Positions 1 to 8,655 of a stretch of DNA of 37,874 nt are shown here, in pieces. Made by a program: the position numbers and the translations under genes. Positions within the stretch are counted from its first letter, which is position 1; the number at the start of each line of letters is the position of its first letter. The stretch spans positions 1-37,874 of the forward strand of contig CAYIEX010000001.1 of the NCBI GenBank assembly GCA_964362485.1, written 5' to 3'. The notes beneath the pieces were generated by a model. It had not been told where the DNA came from, did no database searches, and saw only the letters and a list, made by a program, of their open reading frames with translations. Origin of the DNA: an uncultured Methanosarcinales archaeon (GTDB lineage Archaea; Nanobdellota; Nanobdellia; Woesearchaeales; GW2011-AR9).

Positions 1-460
1 TTTTAGCAAGAATTTTCTTTTTGGTTTCAAGTGCGTGCTGCAAGGCACTCACCAGATCATGAATTGAGACTTTACGGTTTCGCGCTTGGGGATTACGGGG
101 GATGAGGGGAAATTTTTCCTTTTCTTTTTTTTGTTGTCCATCGATTGCATCTGAAAGTTCCATCTCGATGGAGTCAAGGTCACTATCTTGTTGTAGCATC
201 CGATCAAGACGGCTGATATCATTTTCGATAAGATGTGTTGATTTTATTTTAAGAAGAATGGCTGCAGCTAAGATGATTTTCCCGGAAACACGCAAATCGT
301 GTTCTTTCATTTCTTTAATAACTTCGATATACTTTTGGGTAAGAAGGGTGATATTGACGTCCCAAGGATCCATCTTTTCTGACTCAACGAGGTCATAGAG
401 AATGTTTTTCCAACTAAGCTCTTCCTCTTTTAGCAGAAGATCGAATATTTCGTCTTGCAT
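1..460 (-). CDS. scpA: Segregation and condensation protein A (ScpA/kleisin), N-terminal part; the 3' end runs off the window edge
   Basis: Absent from the ORF track because it is truncated. The reverse-strand ATG at 460-458 opens MQDEIFDLLLKEEELSWKNILYDLVESEKMDPWDVNITLLTQKYIEVIKEMKEHDLRVSGKIILAAAILLKIKS... This matches the ScpA N-terminal pattern (DPWDV.I, then SG..L.AA.LL.IKS). Confidence 0.65.
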   Translation of the reverse strand, partial: MQDEIFDLLLKEEELSWKNILYDLVESEKMDPWDVNITLLTQKYIEVIKEMKEHDLRVSGKIILAAAILLKIKSTHLIENDISRLDRMLQQDSDLDSIEMELSDAIDGQQKKEKEKFPLIPRNPQARNRKVSIHDLVSALQHALETKKKILAK

Positions 461-481
461 AGGGTTTAGAACCGCTAACCC

Positions 482-489
482 TATATAAA
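482..489 (-). promoter_or_regulatory. TATA box, probably serving scpA (leaderless geometry)
   Basis: tatataaa is centred about 26 nt from the scpA ATG at 460. The core CCTATATAAA (480-489) is identical to the gatD promoter core but lies in + orientation, so directionality is ambiguous. Confidence 0.4.
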
Positions 490-514
490 ATTATGCACCT
501 GACAAAAGATTGAA

Positions 515-603
515 TGGGCCAGGCAGGATTCGAACCTGCGACTAACGCCTGACTTATCCTTACGACTGTAAGGGCGCTGTCATAACCGCTAGACCACTAG
601 CCC
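515..603 (-). tRNA. tRNA-Val(UAC) with a canonical 16-nt intron after position 37
   Basis: The reverse complement folds as acceptor GGGCTAG/CTGGCCC, D arm GTCT..TGAC, anticodon stem GCGCC/GGCGT, loop CTTACA[intron]A and T arm GCAGG-TTCGAAT-CCTGC, with discriminator A and no encoded CCA. The exons total 73 nt. Confidence 0.85.
551..566 (-). other. tRNA-Val intron (37/38), BHB motif
   Basis: The intron is GTCGTAAGGATAAGTC. The central 4-bp helix CTTA(32-35)/TAAG is flanked by the 3-nt bulges CA|G and TC|A. Confidence 0.75.
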
Positions 604-627
604 GCTTGGAGTTTTAGAAAGCTTACC

Positions 628-637
628 ATTTAAAAAT
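628..637 (-). promoter_or_regulatory. TATA box of tRNA-Val
   Basis: The minus strand reads ATTTTTAAAT, 25-34 nt upstream of the tRNA 5' end. Both tRNA-Glu genes have the same element at the same distance. Confidence 0.55.
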
Positions 638-673
638 GTTTTGGGTTTGAAAACGCTTCGCCTTAGATTCATC

Positions 674-1096
674 TCATTTAAGCCCCGAACTACCAAACCC
701 ATCATTTTGGCGAATTGTCTCGTCAAGTTCTTGAACTTCTTGAATTTCTTTTTGAGTTACAGGTTGAATGAGCATTTGGGCAATACGCATACCAGATTCA
801 ACCTGGAATGGTTCTGTTCCAAGATTGTGAACAATTATTTTTATCTCACCGCGATAATTGGAATCAATGACACCGCCAAGCATAGTGAGACCGTTTTTTG
901 CAGCAAGGCCAGATCGATCCCAAATCAGGCCAACAAATCCAGGGGGAATTGCCATTGCGATACCGGTTTCGACAAGTCGGCGTTCACCTACAGGGATAGA
1001 GGTGCTCTGCGAGGAGTAAAGATCTAATGCGGCATCACCATCTCGGATATATTGAGGAATGGTGGCACCGGGATGAAGTTTTTTAACTTTTAACAT
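674..1096 (-). CDS. dut: dUTP diphosphatase (trimeric dUTPase)
   Basis: 140 aa with the dUTPase motifs AALDLYS, DRSGLA, GVIDSNYRGEI, RIAQMLI and C-terminal GFGSSG. Confidence 0.85.
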   Translation of the reverse strand: MLKVKKLHPGATIPQYIRDGDAALDLYSSQSTSIPVGERRLVETGIAMAIPPGFVGLIWDRSGLAAKNGLTMLGGVIDSNYRGEIKIIVHNLGTEPFQVESGMRIAQMLIQPVTQKEIQEVQELDETIRQNDGFGSSGLK

Positions 1097-1170
1097 TCTA
1101 TTTTCCTCATTTTTTTAAAATAAATATTAGAGTAATATAATGATTTCGATAGTAAAATACTCAAAGAGAC

Positions 1171-2172
1171 TTAAGATGATAAAAAAGCGTATGCAGCGGG
1201 ATAAATTGCACTTCCAAGTAAAAAACCAGCGGAAAATTTTGACCAAGTACGGCGATCTTCCTTGCTTTGCAAGTCTTTACAATATTTTTCACGATGCGGG
1301 TTTTTGAGCATATCCTCGGCAAGAAGCCTAATATGAGGGGAAGCTACTCCATATTCTAAAAAGCGTTTTACTTCATAAGCATGCAGCGCTCCTACGATGA
1401 TTGTTTTTTTAGCACCAGGATTAAGAAGAGATGCAGTATGCGCAATAAAAGCTGACCTACTGGTCATTGACTGCCATTCACCATTACAAGTGTCGATGGT
1501 TGGTTCATAGCTTTGAAGATACTTTGATTTCTTTTCTTGAATTTCTATTTGAATAGCTTGAGGAAGACTACAATAGGCTAATTGATCATAGATTAATTGA
1601 TTAATAGGATAGTTTGAATCGGTTCTATGGACTATTGAATGCTGAGAATACATTAGATGACAAACGCTAAAAAGGGACATGAGAATTGTCAAAGGGAGGG
1701 TAAGTCCTGCTCCAAAACCGAGTTGAAAGTGAGGTACGGTACTGTGCGGTAATTTAAGATCAGCAACATAATCTAAACTATCAACTGCACCCGCGGGAAG
1801 ATCCAGAAAATTAAGGAAGTTTTGTTCAACCAGAATATGGGGATCATCTTTTACCCTGTGTGCTACTACATCAAGATACACTTTTGGTGGTGAAACAATT
1901 TTAAGTTTACCCAAGTAGACAGGATGGTTAATTGCGTAGATTTTATAATCACCATGCGGGGCATGAGCTTCAATACAAGGAGGTTCTTTGATGCCTGGTC
2001 TTTTTGGTGGTTTCATTTTTTGGTGTAACTTCCAGTCTTTCTTGAGTAGCATAAGAACTTGGTGGGAAGTAGCGGGAGGAAAATCTTTTGATCCATATAA
2101 TTCTTTGAGGCTAGCTATACTTGTAGCAGATAATATCTCGTCCAAAGTTAAAATGGGCTTTTCTTCTTTCAT
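1171..2172 (-). CDS. Hypothetical protein with two hydrophobic segments
   Basis: 333-aa ORF with a central TM-like stretch (GAGLTLPLTILMSLFSV) and a C-terminal TM-like stretch. A TATA-like ctttataaaaaaa lies about 21 nt upstream of the ATG. I could not assign a family. Confidence 0.55.
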   Translation of the reverse strand: MKEEKPILTLDEILSATSIASLKELYGSKDFPPATSHQVLMLLKKDWKLHQKMKPPKRPGIKEPPCIEAHAPHGDYKIYAINHPVYLGKLKIVSPPKVYLDVVAHRVKDDPHILVEQNFLNFLDLPAGAVDSLDYVADLKLPHSTVPHFQLGFGAGLTLPLTILMSLFSVCHLMYSQHSIVHRTDSNYPINQLIYDQLAYCSLPQAIQIEIQEKKSKYLQSYEPTIDTCNGEWQSMTSRSAFIAHTASLLNPGAKKTIIVGALHAYEVKRFLEYGVASPHIRLLAEDMLKNPHREKYCKDLQSKEDRRTWSKFSAGFLLGSAIYPAAYAFLSS

Positions 2173-2272
2173 AATGAGTATATTTCTTTTTTTATAAAGA
2201 GTCTATTTTAATAAGTTCATTTAAAAGAATTGCTGTTGTTTTTATTAGTTAGTGATTACAATTTGACAAAAA

Positions 2273-2282
2273 CCTATAAAAA
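2273..2282 (+). promoter_or_regulatory. BRE/TATA element upstream of the AMP phosphorylase gene
   Basis: aaaaaCCTATAAAAA, followed by the SD-like AAGGTGA (2303-2309) and a GTG start at 2314. Confidence 0.5.
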
Positions 2283-2313
2283 GTGTAAAAAAGAGTCTGC
2301 TTAAGGTGATAGC

Positions 2314-3786
2314 GTGAAGTTTAAAGTTAAAGATATGGATATTGCAACTGGTGGCATTCATATTGCTCTACTTCACGCTCAGGATGCAAAGAGCCTTGAT
2401 CTGGCCATGGGTGATCGTGTTGTTGTTCGCGACCATACCAGGGAGTTAACCTGTGTCTTAGATATTACCAACAATGAAAAAGTAGTCCAGCAGGGACAAA
2501 TTGGCCTGTTTGAGGAAGTATTGGATCGACTTAAAGTTCACAATAAATCTAATGTTACCATCCGCTTTACTGGAAAGCCACAGTCAGTAACATTCATTCG
2601 CAATAAACTTCTTGGGAAAAAGTTAGGATATGCTGAATTCCTTCAAATATGTGATGATATTACTCACGATCGACTTACTGATATCGAAAAAACATATTTC
2701 GTCTCGGCATGTTACACCAACGGTATGACGAACGATGAGATTGTTAATTTAACAAAAGCGATGGTGGATACGGGAGTGCGCTTGAAGTTTCCCGGTGTTA
2801 CTCTTGATAAGCATTGTATTGGGGGAGTTCCTGGTAACAGAACAACAATGGTGGTTATCCCGATTGTGGCTGCGGCAGGGTTTGTCATCCCAAAAACGAG
2901 TTCCCGGGCAATTACCTCTCCTGCGGGAACGGCTGATACGATGGAGTGTCTTGCACGAGTTGAACTTTCTGAAGCGGAAATTAAACAGGTCGTCAAGAAA
3001 ACAGGAGCGTGTATTGTACATGGCGGTTCCATTAATTTAGCACCCGCCGATGATAAAATTATTGAAGTTGAGCATCCCCTGTCAGTTGACGCTGAGGGAC
3101 AAATGCTCGCCTCAGTGATGGCGAAAAAATATTCTGTTTCGGCATCACATGTTCTCATTGATATTCCTATGGGGAAAACGTCAAAAGCGAAAAATCCTAA
3201 AGAAGCTAGACATCTTAAAACCATGTTTGAAATGGTGGGCAGACGGCTGGGGATGAATGTAAAAGTGGTGGTGACTGATGGATCCGCTCCCATTGGTCGA
3301 GGTGTTGGACCACTTTTAGAGGCACAGGACGTAATGGCAGTTCTTGCTAATGCTCCGAACGCACCACAGGATTTGAAAGCAAAAGCAATCTCGATGGCTG
3401 GAATTCTCTTAGAGCTTACTGGAAAATACAAGCATGGTGAAAAAGTAGCTCGTGAAATTTTAGAAAGTGGCCGAGCGTTGGTTAAGATGAATGAGATTAT
3501 TGCCGCGCAAGGAAAGCAACCGAGATTGGTACCAGGTAAGCATATTTTTGATGTTACAACGCATAAAGCAGGAAAAATTAGAGCAGTTGATAACGAAGTT
3601 ATTGCTAAAATTGCCCATACAGCAGGGGCACCTGATAACAAAGGTGCAGGACTCTATTTGCATAAAAACAAAGGAGAGAATGTAACAATAGGTGAGTGTC
3701 TGTATCGGATACATGCGGAGAGCCCAGCGAAACTTTCACTGGCAAAAAGAATTGCATTAAGTTCAAACGGATATGAGATACGATAA
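2314..3786 (+). CDS. deoA: AMP phosphorylase (archaeal thymidine phosphorylase family, with N-terminal extension)
   Basis: 490 aa. The N-terminal domain is MKFKVKDMDIATGG..ALLHAQDAKSLDL..GDRV. It is followed by a pyrimidine-nucleoside phosphorylase core (DKHCIGGVPGNRTT, SSRAITSPAGTADT, GGSINLAPADDK). The start codon is GTG. Confidence 0.8.
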   Translation: MKFKVKDMDIATGGIHIALLHAQDAKSLDLAMGDRVVVRDHTRELTCVLDITNNEKVVQQGQIGLFEEVLDRLKVHNKSNVTIRFTGKPQSVTFIRNKLLGKKLGYAEFLQICDDITHDRLTDIEKTYFVSACYTNGMTNDEIVNLTKAMVDTGVRLKFPGVTLDKHCIGGVPGNRTTMVVIPIVAAAGFVIPKTSSRAITSPAGTADTMECLARVELSEAEIKQVVKKTGACIVHGGSINLAPADDKIIEVEHPLSVDAEGQMLASVMAKKYSVSASHVLIDIPMGKTSKAKNPKEARHLKTMFEMVGRRLGMNVKVVVTDGSAPIGRGVGPLLEAQDVMAVLANAPNAPQDLKAKAISMAGILLELTGKYKHGEKVAREILESGRALVKMNEIIAAQGKQPRLVPGKHIFDVTTHKAGKIRAVDNEVIAKIAHTAGAPDNKGAGLYLHKNKGENVTIGECLYRIHAESPAKLSLAKRIALSSNGYEIR

Positions 3787-3787
3787 C

Positions 3788-4255
3788 ATGGCACGCAAAA
3801 AATTATTTGAAGGGGATTTTGACATCATTAGTGTTTTTGATAATGAAATAAAAAAAGCAGAAGATACACTTGATCAGTTGGAGAAACTATACCGGAAAAA
3901 ATTGAAAAGATTGGATCGTTTCTCTGACAGAATTGCGGAGGTTGGCGGGAGCTGGGGATTTATCACTTCTTTTTTTGTTGTGCTCGTTGGATGGATGGTT
4001 GTCAATGCGATAATTTTGAGTACACCATTTGATCCGTTTCCATTTATTCTGTTGAATTTATTATTATCAACACTTGCGGCTGTGCAAGCACCTGTAATTT
4101 TGATGAGTCAGAACAGGGCAGCAAGACGTGATCAAGCGCGAGCGGAATTGGATTTAGAAAAAGATTTACGTGATTTAGAAATTGATAAGAAGCAGTTAGA
4201 GTTGTTAGTAAGGATGCAAAAAGACATTGCGGAATTGAAAAGGAAAGTGAAGTGA
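3788..4255 (+). CDS. DUF1003 family membrane protein
   Basis: GSWGFI..(TM)..FDPFPFILLNLLLSTLAAVQAPVILMSQNRAARRD is the DUF1003 signature. The ORF track starts at 3773, overlapping the upstream gene. The in-frame ATG at 3788 avoids that overlap. Confidence 0.7.
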   Translation: MARKKLFEGDFDIISVFDNEIKKAEDTLDQLEKLYRKKLKRLDRFSDRIAEVGGSWGFITSFFVVLVGWMVVNAIILSTPFDPFPFILLNLLLSTLAAVQAPVILMSQNRAARRDQARAELDLEKDLRDLEIDKKQLELLVRMQKDIAELKRKVK

Positions 4256-6538
4256 TTAGCGTAATTGTAGGCTTGGAGGGACGTAGCCAATTCGTCGTGG
4301 TGTTCCTCTCGTCTGCTGTTCCAACGCTTCTGATTTACAAAGGTTGTAATCCTGGCCGTTAAAATTAAGTTCAACGATGCGAGGCGTGGATTGGCAAGCA
4401 TTGAAAATAGTCCCACGTGGAGAGTATCCTCTAAAACCCAGCAACGAATTATATTTCTCAAGAGAGGTTCTTACCGTGAGCGCAACGGGACTCAGTGCAT
4501 AATCGAGAGACTTGTCAGGTAACTCGAGGAGCTTAAACTCCAATGAGAATGCCACTTCGAGTTCCATATTCTTTCGCCAGCGAGAGAGAAAAGCGGCTCT
4601 TTCAAAAAATACTGCACCACCCCTCCTAGGAGTGGTATAGAGTGCTGTGTGGAGAGTTGCATTAAAATATGTTGCCAGGCCACTAACTTCTGAAAGTTCA
4701 AGTGATTCAAAAATTTTAAACTTACCATAAGCAGGAGCGCCGTCATCGCGACGAGCCATTGCATTGTCTAACGCCGCGCGATTTTTCCCAACAAACAAAC
4801 ATCGCAAAAAGTCGGCTCGAAATGTCCACAAGTCCGCGGGAGGCCAGGGGGAATTTTCTGCAGCAACAGGAGTGGTGGATTCTGAACTTACTATTGCGGT
4901 TGAGGCTGTTGCGTGACGTACTAGAGGTTGGCCGCTGCTCTCAATAATTATTGTTGGTTCAACGGTGAGTTGTTTTGGTGCTTGTGCTGCTTGGACGCGA
5001 GGAGTTGGTGTGCCTTGGTTTCTAGGTATGACAAGTACGCTCGCTGTTCTGCCAGTGATTTGTTTGTAACGTTCTGGATCGCATAGAGCAGTACGTGAAG
5101 CATTGAAATCAACTTCTACAATTTCAGGATAACGGCTGGTAGCATAGAGAATTGTTCTGGCTTGATCAACACCGCCAACGATATCATTATATCTATTATT
5201 GTAAGTGGTTACTATAAGCGAGATGGCATCAATGCTGCCCGGTTGCAAAAGATCAAATTGAAAATCTACCACAGGGGTAGAATCAGGGGATCTACCTTTG
5301 CGAAATCTTGTCCAAGCACCCAGTTTCTCTGAAAGAGTTAAACTTTGCCGGGCAATCGATGCACGAAGTCTGGCGTCAAAAGTGTCGTATTGGTTCTCCA
5401 TTGTGAAGCCAGGCCTAACATCAAAGCTCTTACGATAGGGAACTTTTACTTTAACAAATGGGCGACCATCATCACCATCATTAGCAGAGTAGCCACCGAG
5501 TTCGGGGAATAAATATCCTAGGAATCCTACCTGAAGATGCATCAATTGTTCTCGTATTTTATACTCCGACACTTTATGCAATAGTTGTTCACGTAACTTA
5601 TGCTTCAACTCTTCATAACCGGAGTTAACTAGCACAGGTTTGACCAACGGTTCTGCCAATTGATCCAGCGAATACGTTGGAATTTCTGGTAGGAGAATTT
5701 CCGGTTCAACCGCTTCAATGCGAGGAACCGATCTTACTTCAAGTTGCGTTGTGCGGTTAAAGAATTGTTTTACTTTACCAAGCGGTGCGCGAGCGGTTGG
5801 ATCACGTGCGGTCATCTCTTGAAGAATCGCCTCGAAGTCGGAAGGGACATTGCCCTTAACTTTTAATGTATAAGTTAAGTTATCAATGAGAGAGGTAATA
5901 TCCTTGCCGCTCAGAAGATGAAGTAACGTTGCACCCAAGCCATAGATATCAACCGAGGGAGATGGATCGCCACCAAATAATGATTCAAATGGCGCAAAAC
6001 CAAAAGTACCTGCATTTGTGAATTGTACTGATTTTTGAATGGCATGATTGACGGATCCAAAGTCAATGACGTGCGTTTGCCCTTGTGCATCTAAAATCAA
6101 ATTCTCAGGTTTAATGTCACGATGGATAATGGGCTGGGGGAAGGTATGGATATGTTCTAGTACCTCTGTTACGTCACGGCCAATAGCTACAATTTCTTCA
6201 AGACGCAACTGGCGATTAGCCCGCACTGTAGCGAGGTTCTCTCCTTCGATGTATTGAGTTACTAGGTAGAACTTGTGATCGGTGCTCCTCTTATCAATAT
6301 GAGCTTCTTGGAATGCAGGAACAAGAGGGTGGCGAATTGATCTGAGAGCAACACATTCGCGGTCAAAGTGATCAACTGCAGCCGCGTAGGTTTGAAAACC
6401 TTGGCGTACAGTGGTGCGGAGTTCTTTGAGAACAAAATTTCCTTCTTCTTTCTCTACAAGATAAGTGTAACCGTTTGCGCCTTCTCCAAGTGGTTTGAGG
6501 ATAGTGTAACCAAGAATGGTGTCTCCAGTGTTCATCAA
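4256..6538 (-). CDS. Hanks-type Ser/Thr protein kinase with a large unassigned, internally duplicated C-terminal region
   Basis: 760 aa. Kinase motifs are the GEGANGYTY glycine loop, VLKEL, HRDIKPENL, DFG and GTFGFAPFE in aa 1-270. The C-terminal ~490 aa has no family I can recognise. Confidence 0.8.
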   Translation of the reverse strand: MMNTGDTILGYTILKPLGEGANGYTYLVEKEEGNFVLKELRTTVRQGFQTYAAAVDHFDRECVALRSIRHPLVPAFQEAHIDKRSTDHKFYLVTQYIEGENLATVRANRQLRLEEIVAIGRDVTEVLEHIHTFPQPIIHRDIKPENLILDAQGQTHVIDFGSVNHAIQKSVQFTNAGTFGFAPFESLFGGDPSPSVDIYGLGATLLHLLSGKDITSLIDNLTYTLKVKGNVPSDFEAILQEMTARDPTARAPLGKVKQFFNRTTQLEVRSVPRIEAVEPEILLPEIPTYSLDQLAEPLVKPVLVNSGYEELKHKLREQLLHKVSEYKIREQLMHLQVGFLGYLFPELGGYSANDGDDGRPFVKVKVPYRKSFDVRPGFTMENQYDTFDARLRASIARQSLTLSEKLGAWTRFRKGRSPDSTPVVDFQFDLLQPGSIDAISLIVTTYNNRYNDIVGGVDQARTILYATSRYPEIVEVDFNASRTALCDPERYKQITGRTASVLVIPRNQGTPTPRVQAAQAPKQLTVEPTIIIESSGQPLVRHATASTAIVSSESTTPVAAENSPWPPADLWTFRADFLRCLFVGKNRAALDNAMARRDDGAPAYGKFKIFESLELSEVSGLATYFNATLHTALYTTPRRGGAVFFERAAFLSRWRKNMELEVAFSLEFKLLELPDKSLDYALSPVALTVRTSLEKYNSLLGFRGYSPRGTIFNACQSTPRIVELNFNGQDYNLCKSEALEQQTRGTPRRIGYVPPSLQLR

Positions 6539-6624
6539 GTATGTAAAAACGAGGGCTGTTTAAAAAGGTTATTCCAGTTTTTACTTGTTAGTGACTATTT
6601 AAATAATAATATGTTCAGGAATAT

Positions 6625-7299
6625 CTAACCCAAAGACTTCGCTAATTTTCGCAACTCTTGATTGTGGATGGTGCAAGTTCCTGTGCGAGATCGGTTTTGT
6701 AGTACCAGGAGGATGGCTTTGGCAAGATCAGTTGATTTAATGACATGCTTGGGGAACATGAATTCTAAAGCAGGATAGATAGGATTCAGCAACTTGTAGA
6801 GTAATGGCGCATTTGGATTTTTATGAATCGGTCGGATACCCGCTGGTCGAAGAATAGTGAGCTTCTTGAACGGAAGGGCAAGAAGGTCTTTTTCTGCTCT
6901 GCCTTTAATTTTGGCAAAAAGTCGCCCGCTCTGTTCAGTTTGATCAGCACCTTCACCGCTCACGAACATGAGATGAAGGGAGGGATTAGATTGGAGCATT
7001 GCTTTTGCAGCAGCAAGAATGTAGTCGTAGGTAATGCGAACATATTCCTCTTTTGAAACTTGAAACTGAGAGACGCCGAGTGCCCAGACACATACATCAT
7101 GCGTTTGGAAAACAGACTGGAGGGGTTCGTAGTTTGAAAAATCAGGGTGGAGTATGACGGTGAGTTTAGGATTGGTTACAGGAAGCGGTTTGCGCGAAAT
7201 GGCAGTGATTTTTTCTATTGCTGGATCATTGATTGCTTCTCTGATTACTTCAGCCCCAACAAGTCCGGTTGCACCGGTGACAATAATGGAAAGACCCAT
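6625..7299 (-). CDS. NAD(P)H-binding protein (atypical SDR, NmrA/HTATIP2-like)
   Basis: 224 aa with an N-terminal Rossmann motif IIVTGATGLVGAEVI. Confidence 0.65.
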   Translation of the reverse strand: MGLSIIVTGATGLVGAEVIREAINDPAIEKITAISRKPLPVTNPKLTVILHPDFSNYEPLQSVFQTHDVCVWALGVSQFQVSKEEYVRITYDYILAAAKAMLQSNPSLHLMFVSGEGADQTEQSGRLFAKIKGRAEKDLLALPFKKLTILRPAGIRPIHKNPNAPLLYKLLNPIYPALEFMFPKHVIKSTDLAKAILLVLQNRSRTGTCTIHNQELRKLAKSLG

Positions 7300-7335
7300 A
7301 GAATGGTGGAATTAATGAGTGGTTATTAATGCTTT

Positions 7336-7346
7336 GGGGGGGGGGG
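7336..7346. repeat. G11 homopolymer tract (C11 on the coding strand of the flanking genes)
   Basis: Eleven consecutive G, counted directly. The tract lies 9 nt after the TrmB stop and 37-47 nt upstream of the SDR ATG, just upstream of its TATA-like ttattaat (7323-7330). Confidence 0.9.
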
Positions 7347-7354
7347 AAAATGTT

Positions 7355-8080
7355 TTAATTTGGTTTAACCCATAGAGCATTAAATATTACTTGTTGATCT
7401 TGGGCAATTACTTTGTCATGAATCAAAACACCAATCAGTTCTTCTTGTACGAGTTTAATAATGGCCACTTTATTATTATAAATAAATGTTGCTGAATTTA
7501 TTTTAAAGTTGGTAATTGTTCTTGTTTCTCTATTTTGACTTTTATCGTTTTCTTTGAGAATTTTGGTTTGTGGCGATTCTTCTTGAATTACTCGGGCTCT
7601 TATTTTCCGCTTTGCTCGATCTTGAATATAGTGCGGGAAGCTGTAGGTAAAAACATCGAAGATTTTGGAGGTGGAGATTACATCTGTGTACGTTGCGTGT
7701 TCTAGGATATCATCAAAAATAGTTTTAACACCAGCCTTCCCTTCGTAGACTTCAACGCGTGGTTTTTGAATTACTTCTTGCCGTAGGAGTGCTAATTGGT
7801 CCATCACTGCGAGCAGTTTAGTTTTTTTCTCTTCGAGTAGACTCAGGAGTCTCTTTGGGCTTGCGACTTCGAAGTGAGTAGTTTTATTGCGAACAACTTT
7901 CGAAGCTATTCCCCTTTCGAGAAACGATTTTAGTAGATCATAAGTTGTAGATCGATTCAGGTCAGCTTTTTCGGCGATATCGTTTGCTGTGGCAGTTCCA
8001 AGATTAAGGCACGCCAAATACAGATAAATCTCTTTTTCAGAAAACCCGTATTCTTTGAGTGCATCGTAGATTGTGAGCAT
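7355..8080 (-). CDS. TrmB family transcriptional regulator
   Basis: 241 aa. The N-terminal winged HTH is LKEYGFSEKEIYLYLACLNLGTATANDIAEKADLNRSTTYDLLKSFLERGI, followed by a coiled linker and a C-terminal domain. Confidence 0.8.
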   Translation of the reverse strand: MLTIYDALKEYGFSEKEIYLYLACLNLGTATANDIAEKADLNRSTTYDLLKSFLERGIASKVVRNKTTHFEVASPKRLLSLLEEKKTKLLAVMDQLALLRQEVIQKPRVEVYEGKAGVKTIFDDILEHATYTDVISTSKIFDVFTYSFPHYIQDRAKRKIRARVIQEESPQTKILKENDKSQNRETRTITNFKINSATFIYNNKVAIIKLVQEELIGVLIHDKVIAQDQQVIFNALWVKPN

Positions 8081-8205
8081 AAGGGGAGTAAGGGACCGTA
8101 GTTTTTAATTTTGTCGGTTTTTTTCACCACCATAAGTATAAGTACCGAGTAGTAGTAGATTCATATGAATAAATTAATTACATGAACGACAAGGAGGAAT
8201 AAAAA

Positions 8206-8652
8206 ATGGATTACGACACTGAAAAACGAGAACTTGAACGAAGAATGGAGGAAACACACCGCGAGGCAGAGATCTATGCGCCCCGCAGCTCTTGGAAAAA
8301 TTTGGTATCTTTCCTTGCTACCATTGCCTTGGTCGGAGCAACAGGACTAGCAATAGACAGTTGCCAAGGTAAAAGCCGAGAGAGAAAGGAAATTTATATG
8401 GGCCAGAGCACATCATTACGAGTTCAGGAAGACCGCCAGGATAATGAGTGTACGCGACTTTTAGTTACCATGAGCCAGCCATATCAAGCCAAGACCGCAG
8501 GAGGAACTACCACGAAATACAACCTCATTCATATAGAGGATAAATACTGCGATGGGTTTGATACGATAGGCTGCAGTGGATTGGAGGAATTCTGTGCAGA
8601 GGAGGCAAAGCACGTAGAGAATATTAATGCAGTACTTTATCCTGGCTATTAG
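8206..8652 (+). CDS. Hypothetical membrane-anchored protein
   Basis: 148 aa with one TM (LVSFLATIALVGATGLAI). The SD-like AAGGAGG lies 8-14 nt upstream of the ATG. Confidence 0.55.
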   Translation: MDYDTEKRELERRMEETHREAEIYAPRSSWKNLVSFLATIALVGATGLAIDSCQGKSRERKEIYMGQSTSLRVQEDRQDNECTRLLVTMSQPYQAKTAGGTTTKYNLIHIEDKYCDGFDTIGCSGLEEFCAEEAKHVENINAVLYPGY

Positions 8653-8655
8653 GTA

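Noticed and set aside
102-398. 98-aa + strand ORF (MRGNFSFSFFCCPS...)
   Set aside because: It is low-complexity and lies entirely antisense to the much better supported ScpA reading frame. It is a shadow ORF.
2712-3641. 309-aa minus-strand ORF, plus several 60-110-aa ORFs inside 2314-3786
   Set aside because: They are antisense or out-of-frame shadows of the AMP phosphorylase gene. The translation is Ala/Ser/Thr/Pro-rich with no motifs. The same reasoning applies to other embedded ORFs in the track, for example 641-1027, 4132-4461, 8956-9291, 22055-22384, 27890-28243 and 33815-34075.
4277-5536. Diversity-generating retroelement (template/variable repeat) explanation for the repeated module in the kinase C-terminus
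   Set aside because: The two copies are similar only at the protein level and are strongly diverged in DNA. There are no adenine-specific mismatches between near-identical repeats. No reverse transcriptase ORF is present in the window.
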